Shown: piece by piece, positions 52,527 through 64,000 of the stretch
Numbering within the stretch: the stretch's first letter is position 1
How the letters are laid out: each line of letters starts with the position of its first letter
From: Squalus acanthias
Lineage: Eukaryota
Assembly (NCBI GenBank): GCA_030390025.1
Contig: CM059432.1
Coordinates: forward strand, 124,560,001-124,624,000
Direction: 5' to 3'
Length of the DNA stretch: 64,000 nucleotides
The notes under the pieces: generated by a model
Seen by the model: only the letters and a program-made list of their open reading frames with translations
Database searches by the model: none
Told to the model about the DNA's origin: nothing
Position numbers and translations under genes: made by a program

Positions 52527-53687
52527 ATGGGGGCTGCAATGATTGGGGGCGTCGTCCTGCTCCAGCTCAATCGGAGGAGAGTGAGACGCAGACAGAGAGT
52601 GGCAATGATGGCCAGACGGAGGAGGCCCATCAGGCGCATGTACAGGAGAGCTTACCCTCCCAGGGTATATCGTGAACAGCTCTCCTACATCCACATGTCC
52701 GAGGAGCTGTGTTTGCGAAGGCTGCGATTCAGCAAGGAGGTGGTCACTGAGCTCTGCCACCTGCTGCAGCCAGATCTGCAGCCTCAGCTGAGGTCCAGGA
52801 CGTCTCTGTCGGTGGCAGTGAAGGTCACAGTGGCTTTGAACTTCTACGCCACTGGCTCATTCCAAGCTGCTGTTGGGGACCTCGCCAATATCTCCCAGTT
52901 TGCGGTGCATCGCTGCATCCGGCAGGTCACCAATGCCCTCTTCACAAGGAGACGAGACTTCATCTCCTTCCCTATGACCCCAGACAAGCAGCATGACCGT
53001 GCTATGGGCTTTGCGAGGGTAGCGGGCTTCCCCATGTTGCAGGGCGCCATTGACTGCACGCATGTGGCTTTGCGTGCTCCGCGAGAGAATGCAGAGGAGT
53101 TCCGGAACAGAAAGGGGTTCCATTCCTTGAATGTGCAGTTGGTCTGTGACCACAGACAGGTGATTCTCGCTGTCAATGCCCACTATCCGGGCAGCTGCCA
53201 CGATGCTTTCATCCTGCGCCAGAGTACTGTGGCAGAAATTTTCGAGGCACCGCATCAGCCAGTTGGTTGGCTTCTGGGGGACAAGGGGTACGCATTGAGC
53301 ACCTGGCTGATGACACCGCTCCGTGCGCCAAACACCCCTGCTGAGCTGCGGTACCAGGAAAGCCAACAAGCAACGAGGAACATTATTGAGCGCACAATCG
53401 GCGTGCTCAAACAACGATTCCGCTGTCTGGACCATTCCGGAGGAGCCCTGCAGTACTCGCCTGAGCAAGTTTCCAAATTCGTAGTGGTGTGCTGCATGTT
53501 GCACAACATGGCAATCCTCAGGACGCAGCCAATGCCACCAGGCCTTGCAGCACCACAAGAGGAGGAGGAGGAAGAGGAGGAACAGGCCGAGGATGATGAT
53601 CAGCAGCAGCACCAAGGCAGGAGGGCGGCCCACAATGGTCAAACTGCAAGGGCCGTCCGTCAACGACTAATAGCAAGCCGCTTCTAG
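52527..53687 (+). CDS. Harbinger DDE transposase (HARBI1-like nuclease), 386 aa
   Basis: Uninterrupted ORF with GAIDCTHV, NRKGFHSLNVQ, PGSCHDAFIL, LGDKGY, IERTIGVLKQRFRCL, CCMLHN. Confidence 0.95.
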   Translation: MGAAMIGGVVLLQLNRRRVRRRQRVAMMARRRRPIRRMYRRAYPPRVYREQLSYIHMSEELCLRRLRFSKEVVTELCHLLQPDLQPQLRSRTSLSVAVKVTVALNFYATGSFQAAVGDLANISQFAVHRCIRQVTNALFTRRRDFISFPMTPDKQHDRAMGFARVAGFPMLQGAIDCTHVALRAPRENAEEFRNRKGFHSLNVQLVCDHRQVILAVNAHYPGSCHDAFILRQSTVAEIFEAPHQPVGWLLGDKGYALSTWLMTPLRAPNTPAELRYQESQQATRNIIERTIGVLKQRFRCLDHSGGALQYSPEQVSKFVVVCCMLHNMAILRTQPMPPGLAAPQEEEEEEEEQAEDDDQQQHQGRRAAHNGQTARAVRQRLIASRF

Positions 53688-53981
53688 GGCCCCTGCCAGT
53701 GCTACAAACACGAATCAACCCAGCACGCAACCCCTAAGCCGGCCAAGGCACCAATAATTCCAACCACCAGCCATGTATATTTTGAATACAGAAACTTATT
53801 TATTGTACAAACTCTGTGTGTGTCAATTCCTCATGACAAACTCATAGAAATAAACACAAAAAAACAGTCAATAACATAACTGGTTCTCACAACCTGGAGA
53901 TAATGTCCAAAACACTAAACAAAAGTTGGGCCATGAACCTCGGCCTTTAATAAAAAAATGACCAGCATTTTGGCACACCTC

Positions 53982-56032
53982 CTACTTTTTGCCCTTCGAG
54001 GGTGATCTCCTTCCCTTGCGCACTTCCCCCCTTCTAACCCTACTGCTCCTCCGTAATGGGACCTCAGTGGCTGCAGCAAGGCTGGTGGAAGGCTGCTGCT
54101 TGTCAGACCCTGACACTGCAGATGCCCCTGAAGGACGGCCTCGACCACTTCTGGGCCTGGAGGGCCCGGCTGCAGACTGCACCAACTCTGCATGGGCGGC
54201 AGCAGTCTGTCCTACAGGCGGTGGCAAGTGCAGTGGAGAAGTGACAGTGTTGGCAGCAGGAATGCTGTCATCGTGAGAGAGGACAGCAACTCCCTGCTCG
54301 CCCGACACACTGGCACTCCCACGGGGCAGCACTTCAGCATCCGGAGCAATTTGCCGGAGAACAGATTGCTGGCCTGCTGCGGCGCGGTGACAGCCCCGGG
54401 GACATGTGCACGAACCATCGAGGATGGCAGCAGTCAGTGCTCGCGTGGCCTCAATCTGAGTCTGCATGAGAGCAGGCTCAGATGGGTTCCTGGCAGCCAG
54501 TGACTGAATTGCAGCAGTAAGCTTTAGTGTGGCATCCGCCTGTGCTACAGCGAAGTGCTCCACACTCCTTGCCAGTGCCTCAATGCATTCGGGCACCCTT
54601 CCCACTGCACCCATGAGCTCAGTGTGCATGACCACCGCCTGGCTGTTCATTTCTGCAATCAGCCGCTCCTCCTCTGCGTCCATTGCATTAGGAGTGTCTG
54701 GCATACTCTCCCTCTGGGGAGAAGGCTCCCGTTCTTCCCTCCCCCCCCCATGGCGTTGCTGCAGCCCGCTGGGTCCTGGAACTTCACCATCATCAGCCCC
54801 TTCCCCCCTGCTCCCCCGTTCTTCCCTCCCCCCCCCATGACGTTGCTGCAGCCCGCTGGGTCCTGGAACTTCACCATCATCAGCCCCTTCCCCCCTGCTC
54901 CCCCGTTCTTCCCTCCCCCCCCCATGGCGTTGCTGCAGACCGCTGGGTCCTGGAACTTCACCATCATCAGCCCCTTCCCCCCTGCTCCCCTCCGGGGAAG
55001 GCGTGTTCCCAGTGTGGCCATGGGCTTCCTCGGGAGAGGGTGGCACTGATGCTCCGGCTTCCTCTTCCTCCTCAGCTGCAGCATCACTCCCAGTGGCAGC
55101 TTCAGGGACCATCTCCTCAGCTGGTGAATCACCATCTGAAAGCAGGGAGGTACAAGAGTGGCTTTAGCGTGAGGACAGGGTGGCAGTAAGGGAGGAATAA
55201 GTGCAGCGAGTTAGCAAGTTGGATTGAAAGTGTCAAAGGCTGGTATTGTGAGGGACAAGTGGAAGGACAGAGGACAAAAAGGTGATGACCTTACCATTGC
55301 TGTCCACAACGGGGTAGGCGTCTCCAGTGGCGACGGGACCGATCACCCGGCTTGCCACAATCCTGTGGACGCGCTCCTCCAGATCGCTGAGGGGTTGCAG
55401 CTGAAGCCGCCCTCCACCCGTCCATTGCTGCTGTCTCCGATTATGAGCCAGCTTAGCCTGCAAGAAAAAGGACAGCATCTGAGTCAATATACAGCCATGG
55501 TCTTGCCTGATGTGCCTCCCATAGGTGAATAGCCCTTACTGTATGCAGCCATGGTCTTGCCTGATGTGCCTCCCATAGGTGAATAGCCCTTACTGTATGC
55601 AGCCATGGTCTTGCCTGATGTGCCTCCCATAGGTGAATAGCCCTTACTGTATGCAAAGTGTGGAATGTGTGTGTGTGTTTGATGAAAGGGCCATAGGTGT
55701 TGCATGAGTGTTGTGCATTGGGGTTTTAAGACCCTCTGGCCATCGAGTGAGGTTGAGATGGAGGGATGGAGAGGTATTGAGAAAAAGCCACTCACCCTGA
55801 CGACCCGAGTGAGGTCGTTGAACTTTTTGCGGCACTGGACATGGGTCCTGGGCACCATGCTCCTGGAGGAGACGCTCTGAGCCACCTCCCTCCACACTCT
55901 TCTGAACTCGCGTGGCAAAGGCCTCCTGCCACTCTCCGGGAACAGCATGCATCGTCTGCGCTCCACTGCGTCAACCAGAGCATCCAAGGCCCGCTCGGTG
56001 AAGCGATGAGCGCGTTCTCTCACCCTCTCCAT
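53982..56032 (-). CDS. Harbinger Myb/SANT-like DNA-binding protein, 3 exons (56032-55796, 55457-55295, 55135-53982), 517 aa
   Basis: RFTERALDALVDAVE..W.EVA..RT..QCRKKFNDL domain; GT-AG introns (phase 0, phase 1) join three ORF segments in frame; TGGG motif in exon 2. Confidence 0.88.
54729..54990. repeat. 87-bp x3 tandem repeat in coding exon
   Basis: Encodes (GSRGEGADDGEVPGPSGLQQRHGGGREER)x3. Confidence 0.92.
55492..55655. repeat. 54-bp x3 tandem repeat in intron 1
   Basis: CAGCCATGGTCTTGCCTGATGTGCCTCCCATAGGTGAATAGCCCTTACTGTATG repeated exactly. Confidence 0.95.
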
Positions 56033-57224
56033 GCTTGGCAGCAAAATGGATTACAGGTCTCTCCAGGCCGAGATTCAAGGCTGCAATGAGCAGGGTGTGG
56101 CTGGGGAGCAAGTGGCCCCCCCCGCTTTAAGAAGTGTCCGGCGCCAGTGTGTCTGTGTTCCCTCGCTAACTGGCAGCAGCTGCGCTGCGCTCGTGCGCTG
56201 AGTTAGCGCCTCACTCCTAGGCCTTTGCGCCTTAAGAGAGGTGTGCAGCGCCTAATTTAGCGCTCCACTCACCTCCCGGGGCGGTAAAAGTGAAGTTTCC
56301 TGTCAGTGCCGATAATTAGCGCCAGGCGCTAATATTTGCGCGCGGACGATATTTGCGCCCCAAATGGGGCGCGACCTAATTTCTACCCCTTGGTTCCTTA
56401 GCATTTCTGGGAAGTTATTTGTGTCCTCTACCGTGAAGACAGAACCAAAGTATTTGTTTAATTGTTATGCCATTTCCTTGTTCCCCATTATAAATTCTCC
56501 CGTTTCTGACTGTAAGGGACCTACATTTGTCTTCACTAATCTTTTTCTTTTTACATACTTGTAGAAGCTTTTACAGTCCGCTTTTATGTTCCTTGCAAGT
56601 TTACTCTCATACTCTATTTTTCCCCTCTTAATCAATTTCTTGGTCCTTTTTTGCTGAATTCTAAACTGTTCCCAATCCTCAGGCTTGCTACTTTTTCTGG
56701 CAACTTTATATGACTCCTCTTTGGATCTAATACTATCCTTAATTTCTTTTGTTAGCCATGGTTGGGCCACTTTTCCTTTTGTGTTTTTGCGCCAGAAAGG
56801 AATGTATAACTGTTGCAATTCATGGGTTACATCACTAAGTTTATGAAGCCCAACAGCTATACCAAAACAAAACATTTTTACTTCCAACAGACTCCATTCT
56901 TGATTTCCCAAATTGAACATGACTGCTACATATCTACAATTCACCCTTGTGAACAGCCCTAGTGCCTGTCTGGTGTGCTCTTTTACCTATTCTAGTGCTG
57001 CTATGAGGTGATTCCCTAGTGGCTACAGCTTAGGAGGTTGCTGGACTTCTGCTGAAGGCACTTGAGATGGCTGTAGTGGGCGACCTCGAGGAGCTCTGAC
57101 TGTTGACGACCTGGCTGCAGTCTGCTTGGGCCGGAGCAGTCTGGCCCAGTTGGCTGTCTGGCACCAAAAAGAGCACTGTTTGAGAGGCTGGTGATGGAGC
57201 AGGTGGTCTGTCATCCTGAGAGAG

Positions 57225-57556
57225 ACAAAAATGAGAAGTCGCACAACACCAGGTTATAGTTCAACAGATTTATTTAAAGTCCACGTTGGACTCCCTGTGA
57301 CACGTCTCATTGTCTTGGCTGTGCTCTTGGTGTGTCTTTGATGTAAGGACACCTTCCCTGAAAGATTGTATCTCTGCAGTTTCTGTGTTTATATACTGTG
57401 AAATATTGTAGATTTACTCATTGCAACTTTACCTGAGGAAGGGGCGACAGCTCCGAAAGCTTGTAATTTTAAATAAATCTGTTGGACTATAACCTGGTGT
57501 TGTGCGACTTCTCATTGTTGTCCACCCCAGTCCAACGCCGGCATCTCCGCATCATG
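57225..57556 (+). mobile_element. Penelope-like insertion with inverted partial terminal repeat
   Basis: 57225-57278 is the reverse complement of ~57468-57521; ATCCTGAGAGAG duplicated at 57213-57224 and 57557-57568. Confidence 0.8.
57429..57466 (+). ncRNA. Minimal type I hammerhead ribozyme motif
   Basis: TTAC-CTGAGGA-A-GGGGC-GACA-GCTCC-GAAA-GCTT-GTAA. Confidence 0.7.
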
Positions 57557-58988
57557 ATCCTGAGAGAGGACAGTAGGTGCCTCTCCCATGGAGCCAATGC
57601 TACTCTCAGGGGGCTGAGCCTCAGCACTCCCACTGCTCTGCATAAGAACAGAGTGCAGGTTTGCTGGAAGTCTCTTAATGCCCCTATCATGCCTTCAGGC
57701 TTTGCACATTGTTCTTTGTATGCATTGGGACATTTTACTATGTTAAAGGCGCTATATAAATGCAAGTTTTTGTTGTTCTTTCTAAGTCAGAGGAGATGCT
57801 GGACTCCAAAGCCAAGATGGTAGCAGTCTAAGCTTCCATCGAAGCTGTCAGAGCTGTCACCAGAGGCTCCATGGCTGTGGGTCTTCCTGCAGTGCTCACT
57901 CTATGTTTGATTAGTGTTTCTGGTGTGTGAAATATGGTAGAGGTATGTGGAGGTGAAGGAAGTAATAGTGAGGAGATTAGCAGATACAGAGTACTGCCGT
58001 AGGAGCAGAAACGGGTAGAGGGAAGCATGCTGCACTGATTGGATGAGAGTGCTGGTAATCAGGGGAGGAAAGGGTTGTGAGTGCTGGGGCAACAGGTAGA
58101 GCAAGGCTAACCAGTGAGTAATGAAAACAATGAGGTAGTAGTCTTACCTTAGCTGTCCTTGTCAGATCGATAATTTTTTTTCAGTACTGCAGGTATGTCC
58201 TGGGGGAGATGTTTCTGGCACTCATGCACTCTGCCCACTCTACCGGGCAGCGTGCCTGAATATCTTCCTACCTCCTGGTAGATAGAACATCTCCCTCCTC
58301 CTACTGACCACCTCCACTGAATTTGGGGGCTTCTATGCGGCCACGTGATCAGGTGTGCTCCGAGCGCAGTGCCTACCTTGCGCACAAAAACACACTTACA
58401 GAAATTTCTACCCTTTTAAATCCACTTCCATCTCAATGGCAGTACTTAGCAATTCTGAACACCGCTTTGTACAAGCAAGAATATGATTGGGTGCAGTAGA
58501 ATTAGCAGTGATGGGAAATTGGATGTTTGACGCCACCTCATGGTTACCAGTTCATCTGAATGATGGAAGAAAATGGGACGGTGCAGTGATCCTACATTAT
58601 TTCTGGCCCCAGCCCGAGTACAGCCTGAAAATCAGGTCACGTGGAATATCCAGGCTACTGACTTTTATCGTCATGTTATTATTTAATATCAGCAACGTTT
58701 CATGTAAGTAGTTCATTTTGATTTCAAATATGTAAAACAGCAAAGACAGAAAGAGAAAAAAGAGAAGACCCTAGCCTAGACGATCATTTACATGCCAGGA
58801 CTACTCAGTACCAATCCTCTCTGCTACAAGTCTTTATGAGAGATGATGGAGTTCATGACTTGCTCGAGAGCAACTAATCCTGGCTCATGATGTCAATCTA
58901 GAATCGGCAAAGTCCTCTACAGCATTGATTTAATGAAGCATTTAACTAACAGGGGCAACGACAAAGAGAATATGTGGTATGATACTTA

Positions 58989-59174
58989 AGGAGTAACTTT
59001 AACCTTACCCGCCCGGTGGGAAACTGCGTGACAAATCGGACGCCTGTTTTACAGGCCGCCCGGCGTAACCTTCCATTGACTTCAATGGAAAGTAAAATGG
59101 AGCAGTGGGTAAAACGGGCAGCCCACCTGATCACGCCAGTTGCCCGCCGAGTGCGTAAGGTTGAAATTACCCCC
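58989..59174. mobile_element. Short palindromic Harbinger-type MITE
   Basis: TTA on both flanks, AACCTTAC / GTAAGGTT arms, central TTCCATTGACTTCAATGGAA. Confidence 0.75.
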
Positions 59175-61013
59175 TTAGGTTCTGTTGTCTGGAAAGGTTG
59201 TGAGGTATTTTGCAGGAATCACCTCAAAAAGTGTAGCAGATGCTTTTTTGCTTGCCGCTTCTTGTACAATTTAGTAATCCAGAGGCACTTAAGCCACTTT
59301 TGTGTGAAGACTTTGTGCAGATCCTGAATATGCAGGAAGCAGTTTTAACAGCTTCCCGGAGGCAAAATCAGGAAGAAGTTAATCGAGGAAATTTTATTTC
59401 ATAAATTGAAGACAGAAAATTGAAAAAGCCTGGAGGAAGAAGACTGACAGAAGTATCATAGCAGCAGTCATCTTCCGTAATGGGAATTATTTGTAGAAAC
59501 TATATCAATTTCAACATCTAAACTGCCATATGCATTATAATTAGTGGATTGGAAGCATGAGGTATCTTACTGGAATCAACATCAGGCTGCGTTGGCCACT
59601 GAGCACTATAGTGCTGCTTACAATTTTCTTTATTTAGCCCATAAATTTGTGGTGGAGAAAAATTATAATATTTTATATGCATTGATTTAAAAGCAGCCTT
59701 TTCATTATATCAACAGACATCATGAAGCAAAACTTAGTGGTGTGGTGATTGATAATAAAAAAAGGTTCATCGCAGCGGAGTCAGTGGAAGGCACAAAAAC
59801 TAGGGCTGATAGGGGAGGTAGTATTTTACCTTACTTTCCATCAGAAACAAACTGGAATGAATTTCCATTTCCTAGTGTTTTTATTGTTATTTAAAACGAG
59901 CTGCAGCAACAGTTCTTCTACCATCCCTGCACATGAAACAAACCTATTCTAGGCAAAGATGCTGTGGTCATTTCTCATTCTCCAACTGGTTTAGAAAGAC
60001 TAATAAAATCAACTGCATGAAAATTCTGAAAGTTGGAAGTTATCTCCGCAAATTCTTTTAATCGGGACTCTTTTAGGAGCAAGACTAACTGGTTTTCTGC
60101 TATTTGGAAGACAGCAGGTAAGACACAGTTTGAGAGTATCCTATTTGGTTTTGGCCACAAAAATGGATTATTTTGAATCAAATGTTTAGAAGGAACAAGA
60201 AGAAACAGGTGAATAAGGGGGGTCATGAAGTTTCAGAAGAAACCAGACAGGAGGGCTGTTGCCCAGGTTCTTTAAGGCTTCATGAGGATTTATTGATATT
60301 TTTCCTTTTAAAAAGGTGCAAACGGCCTTTTTAAGAAGTATATTAGGATTGCCAAGCATGGTATGTAGAGCCAAGAATGGGGCTGTGAGCTTAGAAGTGA
60401 AAGCTAAGCCATATTTAGTTACGTAAAAATCTAAAAATCTCAAATATGAGAGAGAATAGATTTGCCAGATGTTTCCTTTGGTTAGTTCCAGATATGAAAG
60501 GAATGGTAAAATGTTCCTGTCTTAGTTCATCAAATTTCAAATAATTTTCTCTGTGGGGCAAGCTCGAACTTTTTGATATTAAAATGAATTCATATAGAAA
60601 AGGCAGGGCCCACAAAATGCTTGCTGTACTATATCTGGATTAGGACTTGAGGTATCATACTTCAAAGTGTCAAATATTTCTTAAAAAGAGATAGAATGAC
60701 AGTTTGACCTTGATAACCTAGCCTTTCCCCAAAGGGCGCTGCTGAGAACTGGAAATTAGCTAACCATCTACAGAACCTTCTCTCAATAACTGGCCTCTAT
60801 TGACCTCGGAGTGTGCCAATTTGGACCATTTCCCCACATGGAGTATCTAGCAGTGACCCTACAGGGACAAATCAGGTGAAGTGCAGCTCCATATTAGCGA
60901 CTAAATATCACAACTGTGCTCCAGACCGTAGACGGCCAGTGAGCAATGCCATGGGAGATCAGTTAGTTATATTAAATATAACTTAATGAAACAAACAATA
61001 TTGTTTCTTGATA

Positions 61014-61221
61014 AATATTGCGTGCGATTAATAGAGAGTGAAATTCCTCTTTTAACAGAAAAAGGAGACAATGTCTGTTTTTCTTCTCAATTAACAACCC
61101 ATGCATAAAATCACATATTTCAAAGATGTATATTCCCAAAACTTTGTTAAGAAGTTGCTACTAATAGAGAAAGATGATGTTTGTTTTTTTTCCATTTTCC
61201 ATTAAAAGAGGAATTTCAGCC
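61014..61221. mobile_element. Short AT-rich palindromic MITE
   Basis: TGAAATTCCTCTTTTAA / TTAAAAGAGGAATTTCA inverted ends. Confidence 0.6.
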
Positions 61222-61981
61222 GTCTAATGTATTTAAGAAAGCTACTCTATGAGGTCTGCATTCTTCCTATTGAGTGCACAGTTGGATGTGTGTCCCTTTG
61301 CCAGCAGTGGGATTAGTAGGTGGCACAGTGCCACTAACTCACATCGCTGCCTCACAGAAGCTTCTTCTTATAGGTGAACAGAATGGTTGCTGTTGTCGCT
61401 TCGTGGGTACATAGAGTAGCCATCTTCAAACCCATCAATCAACCACACTATCTGTTGGCTCTTCATGCTACCACTGCAAATATATCTTGATTTGACTACT
61501 TATTTTACCCACAAAATAAATGGCCATGCAAGAGTCCTGAATTTAGCATACCTAGAGTTGGCAGTAACTACATGTAGTTAGAATGTAGATAGTGCGACAA
61601 CATTATGCTCACACACAGACCTATAAAGTTGTGCTGACATACAAGCTGCTGCCCTATATGTGAAGCACATTAACCCTTAACCTGGTTCAGTGAAACCATT
61701 GATGTTTTTTATCAGCTCACACATTGTAACACTGAAAAACACAAATACTGCAATTCTATATTTAAATAAAATTAAATTCCTATTTTCTCTTCTCTATTCT
61801 TTATTTTAACTTTCATTTTACTATTTCATTATAAACTCTATTCTGCCTGCTCTAACCATTTTATTTTTTTTTAAGTTCAAAAGCTTTAACTTAGCTTTAT
61901 TCTTCTGCCTCATAGCTCCCAAAGATTGTATCTATATGAAAAAGCAATCTTAAAGCAAAAGTTGCTCTCTAATGACCAGAT

Positions 61982-62068
61982 ACAGATCAGCCACGATCTC
62001 ATTGAATGGCTGGAGGGGCTGAATGGCCTGCTCCTGTTCCTATGTTCCTGTGCTCCTTCCTATGTTCT
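61982..62068 (+). mobile_element. CR1 3' UTR tail fragment
   Basis: GATCAGCCACGATCTCATTGAATGG..GGCTGAATGGCCTGCTCCTGTTCCTATGTTCC; inverted match to 50470-50535. Confidence 0.75.
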
Positions 62069-62539
62069 TATTTTGAAAAGGTTTGAACTCTATTAACTTG
62101 CCCCTGTTAGATTTCACTAAAGACTGTTAATACATAGGAAACCCCACAAAAATATCTCCCCTTTTTTAGATTTTCAGGAAAAGAAACACCACTTGAGTCC
62201 TCAAGAGTTAATTAAATTAGTAAATGAACAGGATTTTTCTGGCTGAAATTCGGGCCTCTCTAACACTTCAAATGACGTGCAACTGCAGCATTGGGCAGAA
62301 AAATTGATTGCAGTCACAATTTTATTGCCTCAATTAGGCCAGACCACAACAGACTTTAATTAGTTCTGCTCAGACTTCTTGTAAAAAGCCAGACTTCTCT
62401 GTATGATAGAAAGTTTGGAGCTGAAACATTTTTTTCACTTGTCTCATTAACTATGGCAGAGCAATTTCAGCAGTTCTGATCGGGATGAAATTTCAACAAG
62501 TTAAAGTCATTTGCAGCCAAATGACAAGAAATTAGTACG

Positions 62540-63972
62540 GAGTGCAGATCAGAACAGAGTGTTAAGCTGCGAGTTTGGTGAGTGAGGGAATGAATCTTAA
62601 AGGTTAATCTCTTTTTTTTATAAAATCTAGTCTTGTGTGCTTGCAATTAGCATTTAACTTAAATTTAAATTTACCTTTTCAAGTTTTAAGTTTCTTCCAG
62701 GCTTGGGCAGGGCTAAGCAAGCTCTGTGCTGGAGAGCAGGTGAGAGTAATTAATTAATGAACTGGTCTAATCTGGTTCTGTAACTGCCAGAGAGCTCACT
62801 TATTTAAATCTCAGCAGTATAAATAAGGGAGGCTAGAGTGCAGTTTCTCACGGAGTACAGATCGGAACAGAGTGTTAAGCTGCGAGTTTAGTGAGTGAGT
62901 GAGTGAGTGAGTGAGTGAGTGAGTGAGTGAGTGAGTGAGTGAGTGAGTGAGTGAGTGAGTGAGTGAGTGAGTGAGTGAGTGAGTGAGTGGAGGGAGGTGT
63001 TCCTTTCTTTTTCTGCACAAGAGGGGACAGAGAACCAGCGGGAATTCGGCTCTGTGACACCTCCCAACCGCATCTGGAGAAAAATAAAAGTGCGGTTTAA
63101 ACAGAGTGCTGCAAGTTGGGAATTGGTTCTTACTTTACACCAAGGAATGAGTCCGAGAGCGGGAGCAGTCAAACAACAACAACTGTGAAACCGCTAAAGT
63201 GACGTCCTAACCAGGAAAGGAGCTGATTGGTAAGTAGGACCTGGTGAGTATTTCTACAGTCCAGTCGTTAAAGTAAAAGTAAGGTCTCTAGTTTAGAGTA
63301 AGTAGTGTTTTAAGGGAAGTAAGGTCCCTAGTGTATTTAATATTCTTTAATTTAAAGGGAGTAAATTAAGGGTAGGGCAGGGCAACTCGGCAGCGTAGAG
63401 TGCTCCTCCTGTGCTATGTGGGAAGTTAGGGAAACTTTCGGTGTCCAGGGTGAACACGTGCAGGAAGTGTCTCCAGCTACAGCTACTCAAAATCCGCGTT
63501 TCAGAGTTGGAGCTGCGGCTAGAGTCACTGTGGAGCATCCGCGAAGTTGAGATCTTCATGAATAGCACGCTTAACGAGGTGGTCACACCACAGGTAAAGA
63601 GTGCACAGGCAGACAGGAAATGGGTGACCGCCAGATTGTAGGGGGTGGTGTGTGGGGGTCAGGTTCACCTCTGACTCAGTGAGCAGTTTGAATCGCTCCC
63701 ACGCCCCTGGTTCTAGACCTGCAACAAGAATTTAGGGAGCTAGGTAGCAGATTAAAAAGCAGGACCTCAAAGGTTGTAATCTCTGGATTACTCCAAGTGC
63801 CACGTGCTAGTGAGTATTGGAATAGGAGGATACAGCAGATGAATGCGTGGCTAAAGAGTTGGTGCAGGAGGGAGGGCTTTAGTTTCCTGGATCACTGGGT
63901 CTGCTTCTGGGGAAGGTGGGACCTGTACAAGTCGGACGGGTTGCACCTGAACTGGAACGGGACCAACATCCT
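62540..63972 (+). mobile_element. CR1 5' end (5' UTR and internally deleted ORF1)
   Basis: C..C..WE..CRKCLQLQLL..RVSELELRLESL zinc finger/zipper, esterase end (DLYKSDGLHLN); 63720-63970 matches 2360-2600. Confidence 0.8.
62890..62989. repeat. (GTGA)n microsatellite
   Basis: About 25 perfect units. Confidence 0.98.
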
Positions 63973-64000
63973 GTTGTTGCAACATATTGTTGCTATCACA

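Larger units (their letters stand above)
52064..56389 (+). mobile_element. Intact autonomous PIF/Harbinger DNA transposon
   Basis: TIRs GGGGTAAAAATT / AATTTCTACCCC, TTG TSD (52061-52063, 56390-56392), two open convergent genes. Confidence 0.96.
50443..56822 (-). mobile_element. CR1 LINE ORF2 3' part, split by the intact Harbinger
   Basis: [42 protein letters not shown]; (TTTCTATG)n tail at ~50443-50466; continues at 56393-56822 (PWLTKEIK..DCKSFYKYV). Confidence 0.92.
56940..58413 (-). mobile_element. Harbinger remnant (Myb-like gene pieces and one TIR)
   Basis: RAPRGRPLQPS..QQP exon-3 remnant, exon-1 remnant with donor near 58147, end AAATTTCTACCC. Confidence 0.6.

Noticed and set aside
52527..53687. 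Domesticated host gene HARBI1
   Set aside because: ORF lies within TIRs and a TSD, inside a CR1, paired with a Myb-like gene; it is a transposon copy.
55492..55655. CRISPR-like array
   Set aside because: Contiguous identical 54-bp units with no spacers, in a eukaryotic transposon intron.
59950..60760. Possible old L1-like ORF2 fragment on the minus strand
   Set aside because: Only vague resemblance; no diagnostic motif I can support.
62811..63172. (THSL)n repeat proteins
   Set aside because: Translation of the (GTGA)n microsatellite.

Overview
Eukaryotic, repeat-dominated DNA; the repeat content (esterase-ORF1 CR1 LINEs, Deu-domain SINE, PIF/Harbinger families, Penelope-like ends) points to a vertebrate, probably a cartilaginous fish (inference). 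No host protein-coding exon could be supported. Main contents: (i) an apparently intact autonomous PIF/Harbinger transposon (52064-56389; open 386-aa DDE transposase plus a convergent 3-exon, 517-aa Myb/SANT-like gene), with four decayed coding relatives and many MITEs, two of which share its termini; (ii) a very young Gypsy LTR retrotransposon (33800-38219; identical 194-bp LTRs, CCCTG TSD) whose primer-binding position is complementary to its own LTR rather than to a tRNA 3' end; (iii) two inverted copies of a 3.2-kb element joining a tRNA-derived Pol III promoter head directly to an ORF1-less APE-RT LINE body whose sense strand is almost free of TTTT terminators; (iv) two Penelope-like fragments with minimal hammerhead-ribozyme motifs showing a compensatory base-pair change; (v) many CR1, RTE and SINE pieces in nested insertions. 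All calls were made by eye; boundaries of old fragments are approximate.
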